Source of the DNA: a bacterium
GTDB taxonomy: Bacteria > CLD3 > SB21
Direction of reading: 5' to 3'
DNA length: 41,647 bases
Assembly: GCA_013360215.1 (NCBI GenBank)
Contig: JABWCP010000028.1
Span: 1-41,647, forward strand
In this document: positions 1 to 8,498 of the stretch, one piece after another
Numbering within the stretch: the first letter of the stretch is position 1
How the letters are laid out: each line of letters begins with the position of its first letter
The notes under the pieces: model-generated
The model's input: the letters and a program-made list of their open reading frames with translations, nothing else
What the model was told of the DNA's origin: nothing
Databases searched by the model: none
Made by a program: the position numbers and the translations under genes

Positions 1-7
1 ATTTAAT

Positions 8-64
8 GCGAGAGTAATTCAGTGGTAGAATGCCGTCACGCAAAATGCGTGACTGGACGTCGCG
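8..64 (+). pseudogene. Partial/decayed tRNA-Gly copy with replaced anticodon arm
   Basis: 8-34 is identical to 124-150 and 53-64 to 162-173 of the intact tRNA. The anticodon region is replaced by the hairpin GTCACGCA-AAA-TGCGTGAC. No intact T-arm or 3' acceptor strand. Confidence 0.7.
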
Positions 65-123
65 AGTAAGATTACAAAGATAACTGATACCTAGTCTGAG
101 AAGTAATAAGACAGTATTTAAAT

Positions 124-195
<72 letters not shown>

Positions 196-210
196 CAGAA
201 GATCATTAGG

Positions 211-248
211 AAACGTCATTCGGACGGAGTTCGGAATGGCGTTTTTTG
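211..248 (+). terminator. Rho-independent terminator after tRNA-Gly
   Basis: Stem AAACGTCATTC / GAATGGCGTTT (one G-U pair) running into a T-tract. Confidence 0.75.
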
Positions 249-267
249 TTATAACCAGAGACCTAGA

Positions 268-1308
268 GTGAGACGCGAACTGTTTTTTAGTTTAGTATTT
301 TTGCTTAGTTGTACCGGTTGCACATCGGTGTCATCCATGTCTCCTGAAGAGCGGCATGATCGAGCCGAACAATATGTAGCGAAGGCGCGTTTATTTTATT
401 TACAAGGCGATATGGAAGAAGCATTGGAATCATACTCACAAGCTTTGCAGTACGATTCATCACATACCGAAGCGCTGTTGGGTTCAGCCGAAATATGGAC
501 GCAGCAAAAACGTTACAACGACATTCTAATCGCTCTTCGAAATTTATCGTCTAAAAACCCGCGCACGGCGTATTTACGCGGGCAAGCCTACTTCGCAACA
601 TCCAGATATAATGAAGCGCTGGTTGATCTTTTATCGGTTTTAAAACATCCGGCTTACGGGTTATTGGCTTTACGCATGACGATCAGTTCGTATGCCCGCA
701 ATGGTGCTTATGCGCAGGCTGTTGATTTACTCGACAAAGAATTGCCTTCGCATGATCCGGCGACTGTTCGCGATTTGATCTTGGAACGGGAACGTTTGCA
801 TGATGCGCTTTTGATGGCCGAACCGATGCGGGGGTTTGAGGAAAAAAAATTAACCGTTCTGGAAAAACAATCGACGATTACACGAAGCGATTTGGCGTTT
901 CTAGCGGTAACGTTATTGAGCTTGAAAAAAGATAGCGCCGGTTTGGCATTTCGTGACGTACCGGCTCAGGACACGATGGCGTTGTATTACCGAACCGCGA
1001 TACGGTGCGGCTTTTTAGAAATATTACCGGATGGAAAATTTTATCCGGACCACATCATACGTCGCCGCAACCTTGCGCATTATATGTATCGTTTATTAAG
1101 AGCGCCGGAAGTCAAGCTCACCGCGTCCCCATGGTCCGATATTGATCCGCGTGATCCGATTTTTGCAGCAGCCCTGTGGGCTCATCAAAATAAAGTGCTT
1201 ACACCACAAACTGGAACCCAATTTGGAGTGGATAAGCCTGTAACCGGATTGGAAGTTAAAAAAGCGTTAGAGCGTCTGGCGCTTTTGCGGGTCGAATTTT
1301 TTAAGTAG
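268..1308 (+). CDS. Lipoprotein with N-terminal TPR repeats and C-terminal S-layer homology (SLH) domains
   Basis: Lipobox-like LLSC; TPR patterns (A..Y..G..EEALE.Y.QAL, AYLRGQAY); SLH-like segments TITRSDLA, FRDVP...DGKFYPDHIIRR and WSDID...QFGVDKPVT. Confidence 0.75.
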   Translation: MRRELFFSLVFLLSCTGCTSVSSMSPEERHDRAEQYVAKARLFYLQGDMEEALESYSQALQYDSSHTEALLGSAEIWTQQKRYNDILIALRNLSSKNPRTAYLRGQAYFATSRYNEALVDLLSVLKHPAYGLLALRMTISSYARNGAYAQAVDLLDKELPSHDPATVRDLILERERLHDALLMAEPMRGFEEKKLTVLEKQSTITRSDLAFLAVTLLSLKKDSAGLAFRDVPAQDTMALYYRTAIRCGFLEILPDGKFYPDHIIRRRNLAHYMYRLLRAPEVKLTASPWSDIDPRDPIFAAALWAHQNKVLTPQTGTQFGVDKPVTGLEVKKALERLALLRVEFFK

Positions 1309-1327
1309 AATTGAAAACAGAAACTTA

Positions 1328-1357
1328 TTGTTCCGCGTAGTTTGTGCTTATATATTG
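1328..1357 (+). promoter_or_regulatory. Sigma70-type promoter of the metH-C operon
   Basis: TTGTTC-N17-TATATT(G); GAGGG RBS before the GTG at 1389. Confidence 0.6.
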
Positions 1358-1388
1358 TTTGGTGCATTTAAAATAACCGAGGGTTCCT

Positions 1389-3503
1389 GTGTCTGATTCG
1401 TCACAAAAAGTCGTGTATGATCCGTTGATTGAAATCATCAATCACTTTGCTTCTAAAAAAAATGAAGCCAGCGTGTCTAAATCAACAACCGCCGCCACGG
1501 TCGAAGAACGGTTGAAAAACCGGATTATCGAAGGTGAAAAAAAAGGTTTGGATGATGATCTCAAATTGGCCATGCAAAATTATAAACCGCTTGAAATTAT
1601 CAATACCATTCTCCTCGAAGGAATGAAAGTCGTAGGCGATTTGTTCGGCAAAGGCGAGATGCAGCTGCCTTTTGTTTTGCAATCGGCGGAAGTGATGAAA
1701 ACCGCCGTGGCTTACCTGGAACCGTTTATGGAAAAATCATCCGGTTCTCAAAAAGGTACGATGGTGCTTGCTACGGTCAAAGGCGATGTGCACGATATCG
1801 GAAAAAATCTCGTGGATATCATTCTGACCAATAACGGATATAAAGTCATCAATCTCGGTATTAAAGTACCGGTAGAAACTATGCTGCAATCGCTGCATGA
1901 GCACAAAGCCGACGCGATCGGGATGAGTGGGCTTCTGGTAAAGTCAACTCTGATCATGAAAGAAAATCTTGAAGTGATGGCCGAACGCGGCATACAGGTT
2001 CCCGTTTTGCTGGGCGGTGCAGCGTTGACTCGTCGTTACGTAGAGGAAGATTTACGTTCCGTGTATGAGGCGCCGTTGTTTTATTGCGAAGATGCATTTT
2101 CAGGATTACGCGTTATGGAGCGTATTGCCAGTGGTGAACCGCTGCGGGCGGAAACGCAGGCGGACGTGCTCACGCAACCCGCAACTACAGTGGCCGAAAC
2201 GATCAAACGTATTCGTATCGTACGTCATCAGTGGAATAAGGCCTTAGACTATATCACCGATTTGGATTTCGTCGTACAAAACACATTTGGTCGTTGGTCC
2301 GTGCGTGATGTGATCGCTCACTTTATCGGGTGGGAAAGAATACTGATCGAACGATTGGGTCACGTAAAAAACAACAATGCGGAGGGCGTGGCCGTATTTA
2401 CGGATGAAGGCGTGGACGAAGTCAATACGCAGTGGGTGACCCGTTTCAAAGAAAGCGACCGATCCGAAGTGATGGACGAATGGAATGCGGCACAATCCGA
2501 TTTACAACACATCATCCAATCGCTGACGGATTCGATGTTAGCCTCACAAGCGCGGGGGCGAACCGTATCTGAAATCATCGCGGGCTCTTCATTTGCACAT
2601 GAATACGAGCATTTGCAGAAAGTGCAATCCTGGCTTCAAACTTTCCAAACTGCGTCGACGAGTACCGTCGGTGTACCGCGTGTTCGTTCCGATGTGAAGC
2701 CCTCATCGTCTATTCCGAATCCGCCTTTTTGGGGGGATCGCGTAGTCGAAGATATTTCGTTAACGGACATTTTTCCGTTTGTCAACGAAGTCGCTTTATT
2801 TCGCGGTCAGTGGCAGTTTACCAGAGGAAAAATGAGCGGCAGTGAATATCAGAGTTTCGTAGATGCGAAAGTACGCCCCGTATTTGATGCGTGGAAAAAA
2901 CGCGCTTTGGAAGAAAAACTTCTTATTCCCAAAGTCGTTTACGGATATTTTCCTTGCCAATCGGATTGGAATGATCTGGTTATTTATGAAAACGACCATA
3001 CTACCGAAAAATTACGTTTTACATTTCCGCGTCAGTCGGACAATCATCACTACTGTATTTCTGATTTTTTTGCGCCTAAAGAATCCGGCAAAATGGACGT
3101 GATCGGATGTATGCTGGTCACGGTCGGACAACAAGCGTCAGATTTTTCAGCGCAACTTTTCGAATCGGATAATTACGCCGATTATCTTTATTTTCACGGC
3201 CTCAGCGTGGAAACGGCCGAAGCGTTGGCTGAATATTGGCATCGCCAAATGCGACTGGAGTTAGGCATTGCGAGCGGAGATCATAGCGACACCAAAAAAC
3301 TCTTTCAGCAATCGTATCAGGGCTCACGTTATAGTTTTGGGTATCCGGCATGCCCTCATCTGGAAGATCAAAGTAAATTGTTTACACTGCTAGACCCTAA
3401 ACGCATAGGCATCACACTGACCGATGAGTATCATCTTGTACCCGAACAATCTACCAGTGCGATCATCGTTCATCATCCGGAAGCCAAATATTTTAATATA
3501 TAA
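1389..3503 (+). CDS. metH: B12-dependent methionine synthase, C-terminal half (cap, cobalamin-binding and AdoMet reactivation domains) with an inserted DinB-like domain
   Basis: LPFVLQSAEVMK cap motif, GDVHDIG (His135), SGLL and GGAAL motifs, and C-terminal RYSFGYPACP...PEQSTSA. Homocysteine- and pterin-binding domains are absent. Confidence 0.92.
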   Translation: MSDSSQKVVYDPLIEIINHFASKKNEASVSKSTTAATVEERLKNRIIEGEKKGLDDDLKLAMQNYKPLEIINTILLEGMKVVGDLFGKGEMQLPFVLQSAEVMKTAVAYLEPFMEKSSGSQKGTMVLATVKGDVHDIGKNLVDIILTNNGYKVINLGIKVPVETMLQSLHEHKADAIGMSGLLVKSTLIMKENLEVMAERGIQVPVLLGGAALTRRYVEEDLRSVYEAPLFYCEDAFSGLRVMERIASGEPLRAETQADVLTQPATTVAETIKRIRIVRHQWNKALDYITDLDFVVQNTFGRWSVRDVIAHFIGWERILIERLGHVKNNNAEGVAVFTDEGVDEVNTQWVTRFKESDRSEVMDEWNAAQSDLQHIIQSLTDSMLASQARGRTVSEIIAGSSFAHEYEHLQKVQSWLQTFQTASTSTVGVPRVRSDVKPSSSIPNPPFWGDRVVEDISLTDIFPFVNEVALFRGQWQFTRGKMSGSEYQSFVDAKVRPVFDAWKKRALEEKLLIPKVVYGYFPCQSDWNDLVIYENDHTTEKLRFTFPRQSDNHHYCISDFFAPKESGKMDVIGCMLVTVGQQASDFSAQLFESDNYADYLYFHGLSVETAEALAEYWHRQMRLELGIASGDHSDTKKLFQQSYQGSRYSFGYPACPHLEDQSKLFTLLDPKRIGITLTDEYHLVPEQSTSAIIVHHPEAKYFNI

Positions 3504-3515
3504 CGAGGATTACAT

Positions 3516-4820
3516 TTGAAACGCAATTTAATGCTTGGCATCACCGCGGCTTTGTTTATTGCCAGCTGTACTAAAACAGAGTTACCAACTATGAATACGA
3601 TAGCAGAACATTATGTGCGTCTGATCCTTAAAATAGGACTGCACGATGGCGATTATGTGGATGCGTATTACGGGCCGGACAGCCTCAAACCGAAATCGGA
3701 TGCGGCTTTACTTAAAACCGAATATCCGTTAACCGTTCTGCTCACGGAGTGTGATCAACTTCTTGCGCAACTGGCTCAAATAAAACCCGATCCGAAGCAA
3801 CGCATGGACGGATTACGTCATACGTATTTGATTAAACAATTGACCGCGGCGCGTACGAAAATCGAAATGCTCAATGGAAAGAAATATTCGTTTGATGAAG
3901 AATCGCGTTTGCTTTATGATGCCGTCGCACCGACGTACGATTCGACCCATTTCCGAGCGATCCTCACGGAGCTGGAGCAAAAAATGCCGGGCCATGGCAA
4001 TCTCACGGATCGTCTCGAAGAATTTCGCAAGGCTTTTATTATTCCCAAAGATAAGCTGGATGTGGTTTTCCAGGCGGCTATCAAAGAAGGACGCCGCCGC
4101 ACTCAGCAGTATATCCCGCTGCCGGAAAAAGAAAATTTTACGGTCGAGTATGTAAACAATAAACCCTGGAGCGGATACAATTGGTATAAAGGCGGGGCTT
4201 ACAGTTTGATTCAGGTGAATACCGACTTGCCGATTTTTATTGATCGTGCTGTGGATCTGGCCTGTCACGAAGGGTATCCTGGTCATCATGTTTACAATGC
4301 GTTACTTGAAAAGACACTCGTACGGGATCGGGGTTGGATCGAATTTACGGTCTATCCTTTGTTCAGTCCGCAGTCGCTGATTGCCGAAGGCAGCGCCAAC
4401 TATGGTATTGAGATGGCCTTGCCCGGTGCGGAGCGCATGAAATTTGAAAAAGAAGTATTATTTCCGCTCGCCGGGATAGATGCCAAGCGCGTTGACGAAT
4501 ACTATGCCGTGCAGGCGCTTGTTGGAAAAATAAGTTATGCGGGCAATGAAGCCGCACGCGGTTTTATCAACGGTACAATGACACGCGAGCAAGCCATTGA
4601 CTGGATGGTCACGTACGGCATGTACGCACGGGAGCGCGCAGAGCAACGCTTGCGTTTTATCGAACGCTACCGCAGTTATGTGATTAATTATAATTACGGC
4701 CTTGATTTGGTTCGCGGCTATATTGAAAAGAATGGCGGCACCTCGGACAAACCGGAAACGCGGTGGAAATTGTTTGAGAAGCTACTGTCAGAACCCACCA
4801 TGCCGTCGGCGCTCCAATGA
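3516..4820 (+). CDS. DUF885-like lipoprotein, putative zinc metallopeptidase
   Basis: Signal peptide ending IASC; HEGYPGHH motif with downstream AEG.A; TTG start preceded by GAGG. Confidence 0.7.
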   Translation: MKRNLMLGITAALFIASCTKTELPTMNTIAEHYVRLILKIGLHDGDYVDAYYGPDSLKPKSDAALLKTEYPLTVLLTECDQLLAQLAQIKPDPKQRMDGLRHTYLIKQLTAARTKIEMLNGKKYSFDEESRLLYDAVAPTYDSTHFRAILTELEQKMPGHGNLTDRLEEFRKAFIIPKDKLDVVFQAAIKEGRRRTQQYIPLPEKENFTVEYVNNKPWSGYNWYKGGAYSLIQVNTDLPIFIDRAVDLACHEGYPGHHVYNALLEKTLVRDRGWIEFTVYPLFSPQSLIAEGSANYGIEMALPGAERMKFEKEVLFPLAGIDAKRVDEYYAVQALVGKISYAGNEAARGFINGTMTREQAIDWMVTYGMYARERAEQRLRFIERYRSYVINYNYGLDLVRGYIEKNGGTSDKPETRWKLFEKLLSEPTMPSALQ

Positions 4821-5131
4821 AAAAAGACAGTTCATACCCGCTTATTTGGGCAACGGTGATGAAAATTCCTAAAGGCAAAGTCGCAGCCTACGGTCAGATC
4901 GCTTATATCGCGGGACTGGGCCGACAGCCAAGATTGGTGGGGTATGCGCTGCATAATATTCCCGAAGGCATGGATATACCGTGGCATAGGGTGATCAATG
5001 CGCAAGGTAAAATTTCTTTTCCTAAAGGAAGCCGGCATTACGAGCGGCAAAAAAAAATGCTTAAAACCGAAGGTATCGAGTTTAATGGGGAGAAAATAAA
5101 TCTCGATCGTTTTGGTTGGGATCCGGAGTAG
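4817..5131 (+). CDS. Alkyltransferase-like protein (Atl/MGMT DNA-binding family)
   Basis: IPKGKVAAYGQIA...RLVGYAL and PWHRV, with Trp in place of the catalytic Cys as in ATL proteins. ATGA overlap with the upstream gene. Confidence 0.9.
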   Translation: MKKDSSYPLIWATVMKIPKGKVAAYGQIAYIAGLGRQPRLVGYALHNIPEGMDIPWHRVINAQGKISFPKGSRHYERQKKMLKTEGIEFNGEKINLDRFGWDPE

Positions 5132-5134
5132 GGA

Positions 5135-6277
5135 ATGGATTTTTTTGATTTGTTTCTTTGGTATTCCGCATGGTTATATTTTTTTGGATTGACGGTTTTA
5201 GCCATTGGTTTTTGTTTGTATAAACCACACCGCGCTTCAAGTTATAATCCTCTCGTCTCTGTCGTTATTGCGGCACGTAATGAAGAAGTCCATATAGACC
5301 GCTGTTTAGCAGCGCTTTCGGAACAGACGTATCCTGCCGATCGGATGGAAATCATCGTGGTTAATGACCGTTCGACCGACGGAACAGAGAATGTCGTACA
5401 AACATGGTCTAAAAAAATTCCCCATTTGAAAATCGTCTCGATTCGTGAGGCATCCAAGTCCATGGCGCCAAAAAAATTTGCTGTGGATAGCGGAATACGG
5501 AACTCTAAGGGTGAGATAATTCTGTGTACAGATGCCGATTGCCGACCGGAGCGTGCGTGGGTTGCAACCATGATCGAACATTTTACACCGGAAGTGGGTA
5601 TGGTGTTGGGGTATTCACCGTTGTGGCCGGTTCATCCGAATTCGTTATTCGAAAATTTTGTTGCTTGCGAAAGTATAGGGTTAGGTGTTGTAGCCGCTTC
5701 GACTACGGCATTACATAAACCATGGACCGTGACAGGTCGTAGCTGGGGTTATCGGCGTGGCGTGTATGACGAAGTCGGCGGCTTTACAAAAATTGCACTT
5801 CAGGTGTCAGGCGATGACGATTTATTGCTGGGTTTGATGAAAAAAACAAAGTGGAAGATCGCCTATGCGATAGGGGAGCAAGCCAATGTACGGACCGACC
5901 CGCCGAAAAGTATAAACCACTTTCGTAATCAGAAAACGCGCCAGTTATCTAAAACCCGCCTGTATTCGTTTAAAATGCAAATCAGTGTGATGTGGTATTA
6001 TTTGTTTAATGTGGCGCTGATCGTATCACTTTTTTTTGCGGTTTTGTATTCTGAGCAATGGCGTACCGTTGTTTGGGCTTGGTCACTGAAAATGTTTTCG
6101 GACGTTATATTTTTGTCGGCCGGTGCGTATCGGTTTCGAGTCTTATTGTTTTTAAAATATTATCCGTTTCTTGTTCTAATTCATCCGGTATATGTATTGA
6201 CGTTTGGTCTATTAGGACGATTTGGCCGGTATACCTGGAAAGATACGCCCGTGGCACAAGGAGAAGCGCGGTCATGA
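5135..6277 (+). CDS. Family 2 glycosyltransferase, membrane-bound
   Basis: SVVIAARNEE, NDRSTD, TDAD, SGDDD; N- and C-terminal TM helices. Confidence 0.9.
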   Translation: MDFFDLFLWYSAWLYFFGLTVLAIGFCLYKPHRASSYNPLVSVVIAARNEEVHIDRCLAALSEQTYPADRMEIIVVNDRSTDGTENVVQTWSKKIPHLKIVSIREASKSMAPKKFAVDSGIRNSKGEIILCTDADCRPERAWVATMIEHFTPEVGMVLGYSPLWPVHPNSLFENFVACESIGLGVVAASTTALHKPWTVTGRSWGYRRGVYDEVGGFTKIALQVSGDDDLLLGLMKKTKWKIAYAIGEQANVRTDPPKSINHFRNQKTRQLSKTRLYSFKMQISVMWYYLFNVALIVSLFFAVLYSEQWRTVVWAWSLKMFSDVIFLSAGAYRFRVLLFLKYYPFLVLIHPVYVLTFGLLGRFGRYTWKDTPVAQGEARS

Positions 6278-7389
6278 TCGAAATGATATTATTTATTGTA
6301 ATGGGTGTTTATTTCGCGAGCTATGTATTTGGCGTGATGTGGATACTTATGGGGTTATTTTTTCCGCATCGTGTTTTTTCAAAAAAGCAACCTAATGTAT
6401 CCGTGATCGTAGCTGCGCGCAATGAAGCCGATAATATTCGGTACTGCGCGGAAAGTCTAGCTGCGCAGGATTATCCCAAAGATCAATATGAAATTATATT
6501 GGTTAACGACCGATCCGAAGATCAGACATTGGCGATCATGCAAGCGTTTGTCAAAAAATTCCCAGAGCAATTTCGTATTGTATCGGTTCAGGATAAGCCT
6601 CTGGATGCGTCCGGAAAGAAATATGCTTTGAAACAAGGTATTGAAGCCGCGGTCGGAGAGATACTTTTATTTACTGATGCCGATTGTACCGTCGGCCCGC
6701 AGTGGATAACGACGATGGCGTCTTATTTTTCGGATAAAACGGATTTTGTCATAGGGTTTTCTGAAGTACGTGCAGTAACGACATTTGAACGTTGGCAACG
6801 TACGGATTTTTTAGCCATGATGATCGCGGCTGCGGGCGTGTCCAACCTGGGAATGCCGTGGTCAGCCAGCGGACAAAATCTGGCTTATCGTCGCAAGGCC
6901 TATGATGCGGTCGGCGGTTTGGATCCGATCATGCATCGCATTTCGGGGGATGATATTTTGATGATGAATCGTATGCGACAAAACGGCGCGGGTATTGTCT
7001 TTGCAATGCATCCGGGCGCTTATGTTCAGACAGAGCCGGTACCGGATTGGTCAACCTTCATGCGTCAGCGCGCTCGCTGGGCATCCAACGGACCGATCAT
7101 GCTGCGATACAATCCTTGGTTTTTTTGTTATCTCACGATCATATACGGCGTCTGCATTGGACTGATCGCCAGTTTGGCGGCGGGTATTTTTTTTAAACCG
7201 TGGCTATGGCTAGGCGGATTTATGTTGGTTGTTAAAGCTATAGTGGATAGCGCGGCCATGATGATCGGATCAAGGCAATTACAAAAGAAAGTATCGCCGA
7301 CGGATTTTATATATTGGTTTGCCGTCCAACCTTTTTATGTGGTATGGTCAGGCTTGCGTGGTATGCTGGGGATATTTACCTGGAAATGA
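6274..7389 (+). CDS. Family 2 glycosyltransferase, membrane-bound (paralog of upstream gene)
   Basis: SVIVAARNEA, NDRSED, TDAD, SGDD, QRARW. Start placed at ATG 6274 (ATGA overlap) rather than 6058. Confidence 0.9.
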   Translation: MIEMILFIVMGVYFASYVFGVMWILMGLFFPHRVFSKKQPNVSVIVAARNEADNIRYCAESLAAQDYPKDQYEIILVNDRSEDQTLAIMQAFVKKFPEQFRIVSVQDKPLDASGKKYALKQGIEAAVGEILLFTDADCTVGPQWITTMASYFSDKTDFVIGFSEVRAVTTFERWQRTDFLAMMIAAAGVSNLGMPWSASGQNLAYRRKAYDAVGGLDPIMHRISGDDILMMNRMRQNGAGIVFAMHPGAYVQTEPVPDWSTFMRQRARWASNGPIMLRYNPWFFCYLTIIYGVCIGLIASLAAGIFFKPWLWLGGFMLVVKAIVDSAAMMIGSRQLQKKVSPTDFIYWFAVQPFYVVWSGLRGMLGIFTWK

Positions 7390-7536
7390 AAAGAATATCT
7401 CGATCTGAAGGGTTTTAGTACCAACGCGTACAAGATTTATAAACGTTATACTTTTCTCATATCGTATCTAAATAAACAAAAGACACACTAACTCAATAGA
7501 TCGTACCTGATTACAGTCTATTAAAATAACTTATAA

Positions 7537-8430
7537 TTATTTCACAAACTGGATGGAAGCGCCTTTGTTTTCATCATCCGTTCCGTAGATAATGCCGCCA
7601 AATTCGCCCGGTACCAATTCCATTGCTTCGATTTTATGTTTGGTATCCGTGAACAGGCGAACATATTGCGAATTGGCGGTGATAGATGCTTGTGTTCCGT
7701 TAAAGCGAATATTACCGACGATATAGACGGCCGATTCATAAGGACCGTTATCACCCGTATCGGATGAAGAAACAACATACAAAGTTCCGGCTTCATCCAT
7801 TTTCATATCGGATATGTAACGCACTTTTTTCTTAGGGAACGGTGTTTTAAAAGGCAGTGTCATAATATTGGCGAACTTCATGGTGCGTGGATTGAATACA
7901 CCGGAATAAATAACAGCCGGATCTTCATCTTGTCCGCGATGCCCCCAAATAGCTGCCATCAAGGTATCGTTGAGCAGGCGAAGATCAAATCCTTCGAAAT
8001 TACTGCCTTTGGGCGCTTCGGGTAAATCAAAGCGACCGGTAATGGCTATTTGTTTAGAAGTCGGATCAAAGGTGAATAGAAAACATTTTCCCATGCTGGA
8101 CATAACGACGTACGTGTTTTCGCCGATCGGATATTTACACAGCGCTTCACCGTCAATAGGGATATTTACGGAGTCCGGCCAAACCAAACCTTCATATTTT
8201 ACAGGTTTTTTTTCTGCCATCGTAACCAATCCCAAACGTGGTTCGCCGCCTTTTTTATTATCATGTACGGTCAGCAAAACGGTTTCTTTAGCATCATGGC
8301 GCACCGTAGCGAAACCGCTGAATCCGTAGGGTTTTCCTTGTTTGCCGATATTCCAGTTACCGCAAGACGTCAGAGTGAGGCTGACGGTGAGCAAGGTAGT
8401 AGTCAACAACGCGCGCATGTGATTCCTCAT
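7537..8430 (-). CDS. Hypothetical lipoprotein, possibly beta-propeller (phytase/esterase-like)
   Basis: Lipobox LTSC; repeated DGEAL/NFEGF/KIEAM blade-like motifs; beta-rich sequence. Confidence 0.6.
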   Translation of the reverse strand: MRNHMRALLTTTLLTVSLTLTSCGNWNIGKQGKPYGFSGFATVRHDAKETVLLTVHDNKKGGEPRLGLVTMAEKKPVKYEGLVWPDSVNIPIDGEALCKYPIGENTYVVMSSMGKCFLFTFDPTSKQIAITGRFDLPEAPKGSNFEGFDLRLLNDTLMAAIWGHRGQDEDPAVIYSGVFNPRTMKFANIMTLPFKTPFPKKKVRYISDMKMDEAGTLYVVSSSDTGDNGPYESAVYIVGNIRFNGTQASITANSQYVRLFTDTKHKIEAMELVPGEFGGIIYGTDDENKGASIQFVK

Positions 8431-8452
8431 AAGTGAGATGAAAAGAGTTGAT

Positions 8453-8482
8453 CAATGTAGCGGAATCCCTACTGAAAAACAA
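8453..8482 (-). promoter_or_regulatory. Promoter of the 7537-8430 lipoprotein gene
   Basis: Minus strand TTGTTT-N17-TACATT(G). Confidence 0.55.
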
Positions 8483-8498
8483 AATATTTTTTTGAGAA

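Noticed and set aside
1309..1388. SAM or cobalamin riboswitch upstream of metH
   Set aside because: The region is only 80 bp, mostly occupied by the promoter and RBS, with no riboswitch consensus.
6058..6273. N-terminal extension of the second GT2 in the ORF track
   Set aside because: It overlaps the upstream GT2 by 220 bp; the ATGA-coupled start at 6274 gives a protein matching its paralog in length and topology.
7390..7536. AT-rich gap between convergent genes as a possible sRNA or terminator
   Set aside because: Only a weak AATAGA/TCTATT pairing; no convincing structure or ORF.
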